From NCBI GenBank assembly GCA_007135085.1, contig SLJM01000154.1:293-64292 (forward strand): DNA of 64,000 nucleotides, read 5' to 3'. A model generated the notes under the pieces. The model was not told where the DNA came from. It did no database searches and worked only from the letters and a program-made list of their open reading frames with translations. Shown piece by piece: positions 28,215 through 36,761 of the stretch. The DNA is from Myxococcales bacterium. GTDB taxonomy: Bacteria > Myxococcota_A > Bradymonadia > Bradymonadales > Bradymonadaceae. Numbering within the stretch: position 1 is the first letter of the stretch; each line of letters opens with the position of its first letter. A program made the position numbers and the translations under genes.

Positions 28215-30320
28215 CTATGAAGCGCGGACCGTGATTCGGCCCAGCGGTTGGATGGTCAGCGCCGGATCGAGTTCTTGATAGGCCAATACGACCACCTCCG
28301 GAAACTCAATAGCCACCAGCCTTTTGAGGTATCGACGCACCTTCTGATCGGTGAGCAGAATCGGAACCCGCCCTTTGTCGAGATCACGGCTGACCTGCTT
28401 TCGCACGGCATTGAGGATCTCTCTGGTCACCTCCGGAGAGAGGGTCAAAAAGCTGCCCGTCTCGGTGATCTTGACCGCCGACTGAATGGTCTCTTCGATC
28501 TCCCGTTCCATCAGATAGACCAGAACGCTGCCATCGCTGCTGGAATATTTATTGGTGATATAGGCGCGAAGCCCGGTGCGAACCTCTTCGGTGAGTTTGA
28601 CCGGGTTTTTCTCGGTTCTGGCCCGATCGGCGAGGATTTCCAGAATGGTCGGTAGATTCCGAAGTGAGATCTTCTCCTCTGCCAGACGACGCAGCACCTC
28701 TGTGACCTCCTGCAGGCCCAGCAATTTGGGCACCACCTCCTGGACGGCCGCCGGATAGGGGCCTTCCAACTGATCGAGCATCCCCCGCACGGACTGGAGA
28801 TTTACAAATTGATGAGCCTGCTCCTGCAGGGCCGCCGTCATTTCGAGCACGATATACTCCGCCCCATCCCAGATGGCATAGCCCGCCTCCTCTACCACGG
28901 CCCGATCGTCGGCTGAGACCCAGGCGGCGTCGCCACCGGTGATGGGGTGGGTGGCCGGCTCGGCGGTCACGTCAAAGACCTCCAGCCCTCTTGGACCGTC
29001 GTTGACCAGGACGCAGCCATCGGGGACCGTGGCCTGACGCACCGGTACTTCGTCGAGCTGGATGAGCAGTTGGTCCCCACCGCAGGCCCCGCTGTCGGCG
29101 CGGACCCGAACTCCGGGAATCTTGACCCCGAGCTCGAAGAAGATCCCCTCTCGCATGGAGGGGATCCTCTCCCGAAGCCACTGAGCCCGCTCTCCTTCGA
29201 TGGACGCGCTCAGTCCAGCTCCCAGATCGAGGGTCAGGGGCGTGACCGCCGGAATGAGAGCCCGCGCCTGACGGGCCCCCTCTTCGGCCTCTCGCTCGAT
29301 CTCCTCGACCGCTTCTTCTTCCTCAGCGTCCAGACGAGTAAGCCCCGACTTCTGACTCCTCATGACGCCGATGGCCACGATCCCCACAATCGTGGACAGC
29401 AATAAAAACGGAACCAGAGGTAACCCGGGAATGATGGCCAAAATCAAAAGCAGGCTTCCCGCAATAGCCAACGCCTTTGGTTGGGCCAAGATCTGAGAGA
29501 CGATATCGCCGCCCAGATGAGATCCGTCGTCCTCGGAGGCCACCCGGGTGACGATAATCCCCGCCGTGGTGGCGATGAGAAGAGCGGGAATTTGACTGAC
29601 AAGGCCGTCGCCGATGGTGAGCAGCGTATAGGTCTGAGCCGCCTCGCCGGCGCCCATGCCCATCTGCATAACGCCAATGATGATGCCGGCCACGATATTG
29701 ATGGACGTAATGATAATCCCGGCGATGGCGTCGCCTTTGACGAATTTCATGGCCCCGTCCATCGCCCCGTAGAGCTGACTCTCCTTCTGAACCAGGGCTC
29801 GACGCCGCCGGGCTTCGTCCAGGTCGAAGGCACCGGCGCGCAGATCGGCGTCGATAGACATCTGCTTGCCCGGCATGGCGTCCAACGTAAAACGGGCGGC
29901 CACCTCGGAGACCCGCTCCGACCCCTTGGCGATGACCAGAAATTGAATCAGGGTCAGGATCAAAAAGATCACCGCGCCGACCACATAATTTCCCTGGACC
30001 ACGAAATTACCAAAGGAGTCGATGACCTCACCGGCGTCGGCCTGCAATAAGATCAGCCGCGTCGACGAAATATTGAGGGCCAGCCGAAATAAAGTGGTGA
30101 TCAGCAAGATCGACGGAAAAGAAGCAATTTGCAGAGCGTTGGGGATATATAGACTGACCATCAGCAGCGTGACGGCCACCGTGATATTAAGGGTCAGCAA
30201 TACATCCAGGGCCAACGTGGGCAGGGGGATGATCATCATCCCGATGATGCCGATGACCAGCGCCGCCAATAAGACATCGCTAAATCGTCTCAACCAACCG
30301 CTTATATCCAGACCCACCAT
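28215..30320 (-). CDS. sctV: type III secretion export-gate protein, SctV (InvA/YscV/LcrD) type of the FHIPEP family
   Basis: 701 aa, full length. FPSILLITTLFRLALNISSTRLILL, ADAGEVI, KGSERVSEVAARFTLDAMPGKQMSIDADLRAG, ESQLYGAMDGAMKFVKGDAIAGIII, LLTIGDGLVSQIPALLIATTAGIIVTRV, and a complete cytoplasmic C-domain. GAGGG RBS. Confidence 0.9.
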   Translation of the reverse strand: MVGLDISGWLRRFSDVLLAALVIGIIGMMIIPLPTLALDVLLTLNITVAVTLLMVSLYIPNALQIASFPSILLITTLFRLALNISSTRLILLQADAGEVIDSFGNFVVQGNYVVGAVIFLILTLIQFLVIAKGSERVSEVAARFTLDAMPGKQMSIDADLRAGAFDLDEARRRRALVQKESQLYGAMDGAMKFVKGDAIAGIIITSINIVAGIIIGVMQMGMGAGEAAQTYTLLTIGDGLVSQIPALLIATTAGIIVTRVASEDDGSHLGGDIVSQILAQPKALAIAGSLLLILAIIPGLPLVPFLLLSTIVGIVAIGVMRSQKSGLTRLDAEEEEAVEEIEREAEEGARQARALIPAVTPLTLDLGAGLSASIEGERAQWLRERIPSMREGIFFELGVKIPGVRVRADSGACGGDQLLIQLDEVPVRQATVPDGCVLVNDGPRGLEVFDVTAEPATHPITGGDAAWVSADDRAVVEEAGYAIWDGAEYIVLEMTAALQEQAHQFVNLQSVRGMLDQLEGPYPAAVQEVVPKLLGLQEVTEVLRRLAEEKISLRNLPTILEILADRARTEKNPVKLTEEVRTGLRAYITNKYSSSDGSVLVYLMEREIEETIQSAVKITETGSFLTLSPEVTREILNAVRKQVSRDLDKGRVPILLTDQKVRRYLKRLVAIEFPEVVVLAYQELDPALTIQPLGRITVRAS

Positions 30321-30405
30321 CGGACGCCCTCGACATTGGAGTTATCCCAAGCCCTTCACCTGGCCCTACGGATCTATTGTCGAGAATTCGCCGCTGATTT
30401 TGCGT

Positions 30406-30441
30406 AAAAAAAAGACCGGCCCCCAAATCGGGAGCCGGTCT
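30406..30441 (-). terminator. rho-independent terminator after the Cys-rich lipoprotein gene
   Basis: The minus strand reads AGACCGGC-loop-GCCGGTCT followed by T8 (A-run 30406-30413 on the plus strand). It starts 53 nt past the stop at 30494. Confidence 0.6.
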
Positions 30442-30493
30442 CTTTGAAGAAGCGCGCCTATCTCAAGCGCGATTCTCTATATTTTGCAGCCAC

Positions 30494-31699
30494 TTAGTCG
30501 AGGACACAATACTCGGTGCCCTCGAAGTCGGTGCAGGTGCCGCCGGCGTCGCCGCAGAGCAGCGCCATTTCACCTTCGCAGGGAATCTGGCAGTCGCCAG
30601 CATCACCACAGCGCAGGCCCTGGCCGCAGTCTTCGTCCAGTTCACACTGATCGATGCAGATACGAGCGCCGCCGGTCTGCTGCGGGCCACCTTCCATCAG
30701 GTAGTCGCCTTCGAAGAGTCGGCCGGCGAGGACACAGGCCTCATCGGCGCCACACGCGTCATGGCTATCACAGAGAGACTGGCAGATTCCGCCGAGCTGG
30801 CCACCCTCGAATACGGGGAGAGCCATGCAGCCATTGCCTTCACCACAGGTGGCACCCTTGACGGTGTCGCCTTCCATGGGATCGGCGGGGACGAAGCAGG
30901 TATAAGCGGTGCAAGTTCCGCCGTCGACGAGCTCGCCCGTCGACTCGTCGCGCTCGCCCATGCACTCAGCAGCCATCAGGTCGCCGGCGTCACAATCGTC
31001 GGTAGCGTTGCAGGCATCACCGACGGTGGTGGCGTCCTGGCAATATCCGGCCATGCCACAGGAAATGGAGACACCGAAGGAACCACAGTGGAGCCACTTC
31101 ATGTCGTCACAGGTATTGGGTTCGTCTTTGAGCGGAAGCTCCGTGCCCGCGGCTTCGAAATCACCAAAGACAAATTCTTCGATGCTCTCACGATCCTGAG
31201 CCACGTCGCCCATGCAGCCGGCGTCATTGTCTTCGAAGCCAAATTTGCAGCCGTCGACGATGGGTCCCGTGTCGGGAAGACCGCAGCCGCTAAGGCAGCC
31301 GTAGAGCAACTCGCAATACTCGGTGCACAGCTCATCGTCGCTCATGCCGTTTTCGGTATTGGTGTTGCTCGTGCCGGGGTCGACGCAGACGTTGTCTTCG
31401 CAGACGTCATCGCCGTCACAATCGTCGTTGCTGGTGCACTCGGGATCGCCGTTGTTGGTGTTGGTGTCATCGTCACCGGGCACACAGACGTTCTGGCTGC
31501 TATGGCAGGTGGCGTTGCCGTCGCAGTCTTCGTCGGTGTCGCAGATGGACAGGCATTGCTCTCCATCACCGAGGGCCACCAGCTTTTCGTCATCGCCACA
31601 TTCACTTTCACCACAGGCCGCGGTGAAGACAAACATAAGGGCCAACGCCGCGACCAGCGCCGCGCGCAGAAGGCCTTTGGTACAGTTTCCGTTCTCCAT
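30494..31699 (-). CDS. acidic Cys-rich secreted lipoprotein with repeated C-x-x-D-(D/E)-D-C-D/G modules
   Basis: Start trimmed to ATG 31699, with a strong GGAGAGGAGAAAGAG RBS. Signal and lipobox ...LALMFVFTAAC. More than 40 Cys, with repeated units such as CDTDEDCDGNATCHSSQNVCVPG and CTSNDDCDGDDVCEDNVCVDPG. Confidence 0.6.
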   Translation of the reverse strand: MENGNCTKGLLRAALVAALALMFVFTAACGESECGDDEKLVALGDGEQCLSICDTDEDCDGNATCHSSQNVCVPGDDDTNTNNGDPECTSNDDCDGDDVCEDNVCVDPGTSNTNTENGMSDDELCTEYCELLYGCLSGCGLPDTGPIVDGCKFGFEDNDAGCMGDVAQDRESIEEFVFGDFEAAGTELPLKDEPNTCDDMKWLHCGSFGVSISCGMAGYCQDATTVGDACNATDDCDAGDLMAAECMGERDESTGELVDGGTCTAYTCFVPADPMEGDTVKGATCGEGNGCMALPVFEGGQLGGICQSLCDSHDACGADEACVLAGRLFEGDYLMEGGPQQTGGARICIDQCELDEDCGQGLRCGDAGDCQIPCEGEMALLCGDAGGTCTDFEGTEYCVLD

Positions 31700-32087
31700 A
31701 TTCTCTTTCTCCTCTCCACAACAATGTGTGTACGTGTGTGTTCTCATTACGTGCTTTGTACTTCCTTGCACTTTCTCGCGACCTGCGACCGGGCCTGCGT
31801 AAAATGACGCGAACCCGTTGCCTCACGCGATGGCGAGGCATGGGCCTCGTGTCACGCTCTCGTTTCCAGTATTTCGTCTCAAGGAGCTGCCGACCAGGTC
31901 TGCGCCCCGCGCCGGACGATTGACCTGAATAATCAGGGCGAATATCCGGCAGCGACTGATGCTGGAATTGTCGAGGCACACCATACGTTTATGGCGCGCT
32001 GTGTCAAGAAGCGTGCCCAGCCCCCTAAAATCAAGGACTTCAGGAGGCCGGGCAGGAAAGGCAATCCCCCGAAATAAGGGAAGAATC

Positions 32088-33221
32088 TCAATAAAACGGC
32101 AGGTTTCCGTCGACTCGACGATTGAGATGGTGGCAGGAGTCGCGGCCGTCTTCGGCTCCCGTGGCGGTGACCACGTCCAACGCCGCCCGAAGACATCGCT
32201 TCAAAAAGGCACCAAAACGGGGAGCGACTTCATCGACGTCACCCACCTTCTGGGGACGCTGCCACTGCACGGTTGGCGCCTCCTCCTCGTCAAAGGCCGC
32301 CGGCGCCATCGCCTCTGTGGGCGACTGGGCCCGACACAGCGCTTCTTCCAGGGCCCCGATCATCTCCGGGGCCGACCGGAACCGCGATTGTGGAGTCTTG
32401 CTCAGGGTGCGCAAGATCACCTCCTCGAGCCCTTGAGACAACTCGGGGTTGAGTTCTCGTGGCCGATCGGGCTCTCCCTGAAGGTGGGCCTTTAATAGCT
32501 GGCGCACTTCCGCCCCGTCGAATGGACGGCGTCCACAAGCAGCTTCGTAGAGCATCACCCCGATGCTGTAGAGGTCACTGGCCTGGCAGACCAACTCCGG
32601 ATTGCCCACTTCCTCCGGCGAGATATAGGCGGCGGTGCCCGTGATCTTGGTCTTCTCTCGCTCCGTGAGTGGATCGTCGACAAACCGGGCTACTCCGAAG
32701 TCGATGATCTTGGCCACCATCCGCCCCCCTTCTTCGGTGATCAGCACGTTGCCCGGCTTCAGGTCCCGATGGACCACCCCTTCCCGATGGGCGGCGGTGA
32801 CCCCTCGAAGAATATCGACGAATAAACAGGCCAGCTCCACCTCGTCGAGCTGGGCCTCATGACCGCCCCGCCATTCTTTGAGGGTCACCCCGTCGATATA
32901 CTCCATGACGAAGGCAAGCGTGCCCTGCTCCTCGAGGATCTCCTCAAAGCGCACCACGTTGGGGTGCTGCATGCGCATCATAATCCGCGCTTCCCGATAA
33001 AAGGTCAGCCGCCGCGTCGGATCGGCGACCAGGTGGGGATGGAGGACTTTGATGGCCACCGGCTCGAATCGATCGCGGCGACGGGCCTTGTAGACGTAGC
33101 TGGTGGCGCCACATCCGGCAAACCCGGTGATGATATAGGGCCCAAACTCGTCCCCGTAACTCAATGTCGCTGGCGGTTGTTTATCGCCCACCGTCGGTCG
33201 ACGGCGTATCGTGCTGCTCAT
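32088..33221 (-). CDS. Hanks-type Ser/Thr protein kinase
   Basis: GCGATSYVYKA...VAIKVL, HRDLKPGNVLI, DFGVARF, TAAYISPEE. AAGGAGG RBS before ATG 33221; ORF-track start 33332 trimmed. Confidence 0.9.
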   Translation of the reverse strand: MSSTIRRRPTVGDKQPPATLSYGDEFGPYIITGFAGCGATSYVYKARRRDRFEPVAIKVLHPHLVADPTRRLTFYREARIMMRMQHPNVVRFEEILEEQGTLAFVMEYIDGVTLKEWRGGHEAQLDEVELACLFVDILRGVTAAHREGVVHRDLKPGNVLITEEGGRMVAKIIDFGVARFVDDPLTEREKTKITGTAAYISPEEVGNPELVCQASDLYSIGVMLYEAACGRRPFDGAEVRQLLKAHLQGEPDRPRELNPELSQGLEEVILRTLSKTPQSRFRSAPEMIGALEEALCRAQSPTEAMAPAAFDEEEAPTVQWQRPQKVGDVDEVAPRFGAFLKRCLRAALDVVTATGAEDGRDSCHHLNRRVDGNLPFY

Positions 33222-33382
33222 GGCACCCTCCTTGGCGCTCCACAGTGCATCGTCTGCGGTCCCGTCCGTGGGACACGCCTGCAATTGTGCCGGTTGAGCA
33301 CGAGCTGTCAAAAAAAAAGCCCCCCACCCCATCCACCATCAGTGGAATCGGGTCGGGGACCGGTCATCGGGCTCGTTATAAC

Positions 33383-34999
33383 TCAGTTGCCGTCGTGGAA
33401 CGGCTTGAGGGTGTCGCTTCGGTTAGGCACCCGCAATTTCTCCAGCGCTTTGGCCTCGATCTGCCGGATACGTTCCCGGGTCAGATTAAAGTCCTTTCCT
33501 ACTTCCTCCAGAGTATGATCGCTCTTCTCGCCGATTCCAAAGCGCATGCGCAGAATCTTTTCCTCTCGCGGGGTCAACGTCGCCAGCAGGCGCAAGGTCT
33601 CATCTTTGAGATGCTGCTCCTCGGTCTCATCCATGGGGCTCGGCGAATTGGTGTCCTCAATAAAATCACCGAGCTGGCTGTTCTCGTCGTCACCGACCGG
33701 TTTTTCCAGGCTGATCGGATGTCGCGAGATACGAAGGGCACGACGCACGGACTCCACGTCCATCTCCAGCTCCTCTGCCAACTCCTCGGCCTCGGGCTCC
33801 CGCCCCAGGTCTTGCTCCAATTCGCGGGACGTGCGGGCGATGCGGTTGATGGTCTCGATGAGATGGACCGGGATGCGAATGGTGCGAGCCTGATCGGCGA
33901 TCGCCCTGGTTATGGCCTGACGAATCCACCAGGTCGCATAGGTCGAGAATTTATGACCTCGCTGGTATTCGAATTTCTCGACGGCCCGCATCAGGCCAAT
34001 ATTGCCCTCTTGAATCAGATCGAGAAAATGCATGCCCCGATTGACGTATTTTTTGGCGATGGAGACCACCAATCGAAGATTGGCCCGAATCATCTCCGCC
34101 TTTCCGCGCTCCTTTCGCTGCTCTCCTATTTCGATGGCTTTGACCGTCTCACGAAGCTCGTCGATCTCCATCTTGAATTCATTTTCCACATTCTCGATGA
34201 TCGACAGCGATTGAACCAGAATCTGATCGAGTTCCCCGGCTACGCCCCTTGAGAGGCGGGCCTGCGAATAGTCGGGCTGCTGACCTTGCAGATGGGCCTG
34301 GCGCCATTGCTCCAACGTCGCCGTGTCGACGCCGACCCGACGAGCATAGCGGGCGATTCGTTTTTCGCATTTTTCGACGTTGGCCATGGCCTCACAGAAG
34401 ATGTCGACCATCCGATTGAAATAGCGCTGGGACAACATACACCCGTGGACTGCTTCCACCATGGCATCAAAGGCTTTATCCCTGGCGCTCTGGCGGCGCT
34501 TTATCGTGGAGGGGGCCAACTCCTTTTGCTGGGCCTCGGCCAGCGCCTCTTCTTTGGATCTGTATTTCTTATAGGCTTTCTGGAGTCTGTCGAACCGCTC
34601 GAAGACCGGCTCCGCCACGGGCAGATCGCTATCTTCCCCGCTGGGGGTGTACTCCTCAAAGACCTCACGGGCTCGAGCGGTGCCGGCCATGAGTTGGTCG
34701 GGCAGGGCCAGGATCATCTCCAGGGCGGCCTCGGTGCGCACCAGGATATCGAAGACGATCTTACGCCCCGCCTCGATCTCCTTGGCCACCGCCACTTCCC
34801 CTTCCCGATCGAGGAGGGTGACCTGGCCGATGCCGCGAAGGTACATCTTGACTGGGTCCATGTCGCGGTAGTCATCGAGCGTGCGAGTCAGCTTGCGCTG
34901 CTCCCGGCGGCGATGCCGCTTGCCGATGAAGTCGTCACCGTGGCCGTTGGCTTTCTCTCCCCGCTTGGTACCGTTGGCAACTTGATCGATCTTCGTCAT
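33383..34999 (-). CDS. rpoD: primary RNA polymerase sigma factor (sigma-70)
   Basis: Region 2: [53 protein letters not shown]. Region 4: [24 protein letters not shown]. 538 aa. Confidence 0.95.
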   Translation of the reverse strand: MTKIDQVANGTKRGEKANGHGDDFIGKRHRRREQRKLTRTLDDYRDMDPVKMYLRGIGQVTLLDREGEVAVAKEIEAGRKIVFDILVRTEAALEMILALPDQLMAGTARAREVFEEYTPSGEDSDLPVAEPVFERFDRLQKAYKKYRSKEEALAEAQQKELAPSTIKRRQSARDKAFDAMVEAVHGCMLSQRYFNRMVDIFCEAMANVEKCEKRIARYARRVGVDTATLEQWRQAHLQGQQPDYSQARLSRGVAGELDQILVQSLSIIENVENEFKMEIDELRETVKAIEIGEQRKERGKAEMIRANLRLVVSIAKKYVNRGMHFLDLIQEGNIGLMRAVEKFEYQRGHKFSTYATWWIRQAITRAIADQARTIRIPVHLIETINRIARTSRELEQDLGREPEAEELAEELEMDVESVRRALRISRHPISLEKPVGDDENSQLGDFIEDTNSPSPMDETEEQHLKDETLRLLATLTPREEKILRMRFGIGEKSDHTLEEVGKDFNLTRERIRQIEAKALEKLRVPNRSDTLKPFHDGN

Positions 35000-35478
35000 A
35001 ATGGCAGCCCTTCCATCGTCAGACCCATGAATAATGGCGGCAAGGACACGTCCGCCTGAGCAATTACGTATGCATCTTCCATGCCATTAACGCATTTGAC
35101 CCTGGCATTCCTTTCCGCTATTGAGAGGCGGTGCTTCCTCTGACCTGTAGTTATGGTGCGGAAGACAGCCCACCTACTCGTCGCGAAACGCGAAGAGGGT
35201 TGCTCGGTCCAGATGGTCGAATTCTTCGTTTACTTCACCCTGGGCGGAAAACACCGGGCGAACTCTGCTCGACTATCGGAGCGGGTATACTCCAATTCCA
35301 CCGCACGGCGAGGACAATTGTCCCCACTACGAAATTTTTTCAACCCAGGTACTCTTGCACCCCTCCCCGCCTTGTAGAGTCAACGGATGAAGATGAATCT
35401 TTCTTCCCGAAGTGCTCCCAAAAGATGATCTCCCCCTGAATTAAATTGCTCTCCAGTTCAACCTCGAGGCCCTTGACC

Positions 35479-36216
35479 TCAGCGGCGCCATTGCCCCGAT
35501 TCGACATGCGCCAATGCGGCCAGCGACTCCACTTCCCGGCGCAAGGTACCGAGCATTCGGCCCCGCCGTTCACGTCGATCACGCTGTTCTCGCCGACTTT
35601 GACGCCCTGTCTTTGCCTGGGCCAATTCTGCCTCGAGCCTGGCCATCTCAGCTTTGAGACGGGCCAACTCCTGGCTGTCAGCCCCCTCGTCGAGAGCCCG
35701 TCGAGCCTCGACCAGATCGGCTCGCAAGGCCTCGGCCTCCCGCTCAAAGCGACGGGCCTGTGCCCGGGTGCGGTGCAGCTCACCTTCTAATTCCGTAAAT
35801 TCAGTCTGCACTGTAGTCAGCTCTCGGCGAGCTGCTTCCAGTTGGCAACGCACCTCATCGCTGTCGGCCACGGCCGTGCCCCCATGGTTGGGCACCCCCT
35901 CTTCCAGGTCGAAATAGCTGGGCTTTCCCTCGCGACTGCGCGCCAACTGACGCCGCGCCCCGGCGATGGTGAACATCTCCTCATAGAGCAGAGATCGAAT
36001 CTGGAGGAGCAACTCGATGTCGCTTCGCTGGTAGACCCGTTGTCCGCTCTTGGTCTTTTCCGGTTCGAGCACGTCGAACTCGGTCTCCCAGTAGCGCAGC
36101 ACATAGGGCTCCACCTCCAGGAGTTTGGCCACCTCTCCAATCTTAAAATACGTCTTGTCCGGCAACTCGATCATCGCCGACGACTGCTCACTACCCTCAG
36201 ATTGGGACACGGTCAC
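35479..36216 (-). CDS. MerR-family transcriptional regulator with a coiled-coil C-terminus
   Basis: HTH region [25 protein letters not shown]...[23 protein letters not shown] start preceded by AAGGAGG. Confidence 0.85.
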   Translation of the reverse strand: MTVSQSEGSEQSSAMIELPDKTYFKIGEVAKLLEVEPYVLRYWETEFDVLEPEKTKSGQRVYQRSDIELLLQIRSLLYEEMFTIAGARRQLARSREGKPSYFDLEEGVPNHGGTAVADSDEVRCQLEAARRELTTVQTEFTELEGELHRTRAQARRFEREAEALRADLVEARRALDEGADSQELARLKAEMARLEAELAQAKTGRQSRREQRDRRERRGRMLGTLRREVESLAALAHVESGQWRR

Positions 36217-36289
36217 GTCCTCCTTGAACGACTTCGATTATCGGGTTTGGCTCGACCAGAGGATCGGGCCGTGGCTTACGCGCTTAGCT

Positions 36290-36577
36290 TCAGCGCTCCC
36301 CGTTGAGCTCATCCTTGAGCACCTGGCTGACCTTGAATCGCAGAACTTTGCGTTCCGGAATCAGAATTTCGTCGCCCGTTCTCGGATTTCTGCCGATCCG
36401 TTCGCTCTTTTTGCGTACTTCGAATTTTCCAAAGCCGCTGACCTTGATCTCTTCGCCGTCCTCGAGAGTCTCTTTCATGAGTTCCAGGACTTCGTTGACG
36501 TAATTAGAAGACTCTTTTTTGGTCAACTCCGTTCGCGCATATACGGTATCGACAATATTCGATTTCGTGAGTGTCAC
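36290..36577 (-). CDS. ihfA: integration host factor alpha subunit (HU/IHF family)
   Basis: MTLTKSNIVDTVY...GFGKFEVRKKSERIGRNPRTGDEILIPERKVLRFK, 95 aa. Confidence 0.9.
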   Translation of the reverse strand: MTLTKSNIVDTVYARTELTKKESSNYVNEVLELMKETLEDGEEIKVSGFGKFEVRKKSERIGRNPRTGDEILIPERKVLRFKVSQVLKDELNGER

Positions 36578-36761
36578 GGGCCTACTCCTTAACTACTGAG
36601 GCACATTAAAAAACAAAAGCCCAGGGGGAGCCGCATCAGACAAACTTCGACGCGGATCGTCACAAACTTAAGCCGACTCGGCTCCCGAATTCACCTGCCC
36701 ATACAATTCGACAGGGGCCAGTCTAAACCATGGCCGTCTCTGGGAAAACCAATAATCTCAT

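Noticed and set aside
28215-30320. Reading this FHIPEP protein as flagellar FlhA.
   Set aside because: The motif-level comparison favours the injectisome SctV branch, and no flagellar genes are nearby. Only a phylogeny can settle this, so it is kept as a caveat in the finding.
33221-33237. Sigma-54-like element TGGCAC-N5-TTGGC.
   Set aside because: It lies on the plus strand across the start codon of a minus-strand kinase gene, with no plus-strand gene downstream, and the -12 element is imperfect.
35312-35323. Perfect 12-bp palindrome GGACAATTGTCC in the 480-nt, lower-GC region upstream of rpoD, considered as a possible operator.
   Set aside because: About 15 perfect 12-bp palindromes are expected by chance in 64 kb. 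There is no second copy or flanking symmetry.
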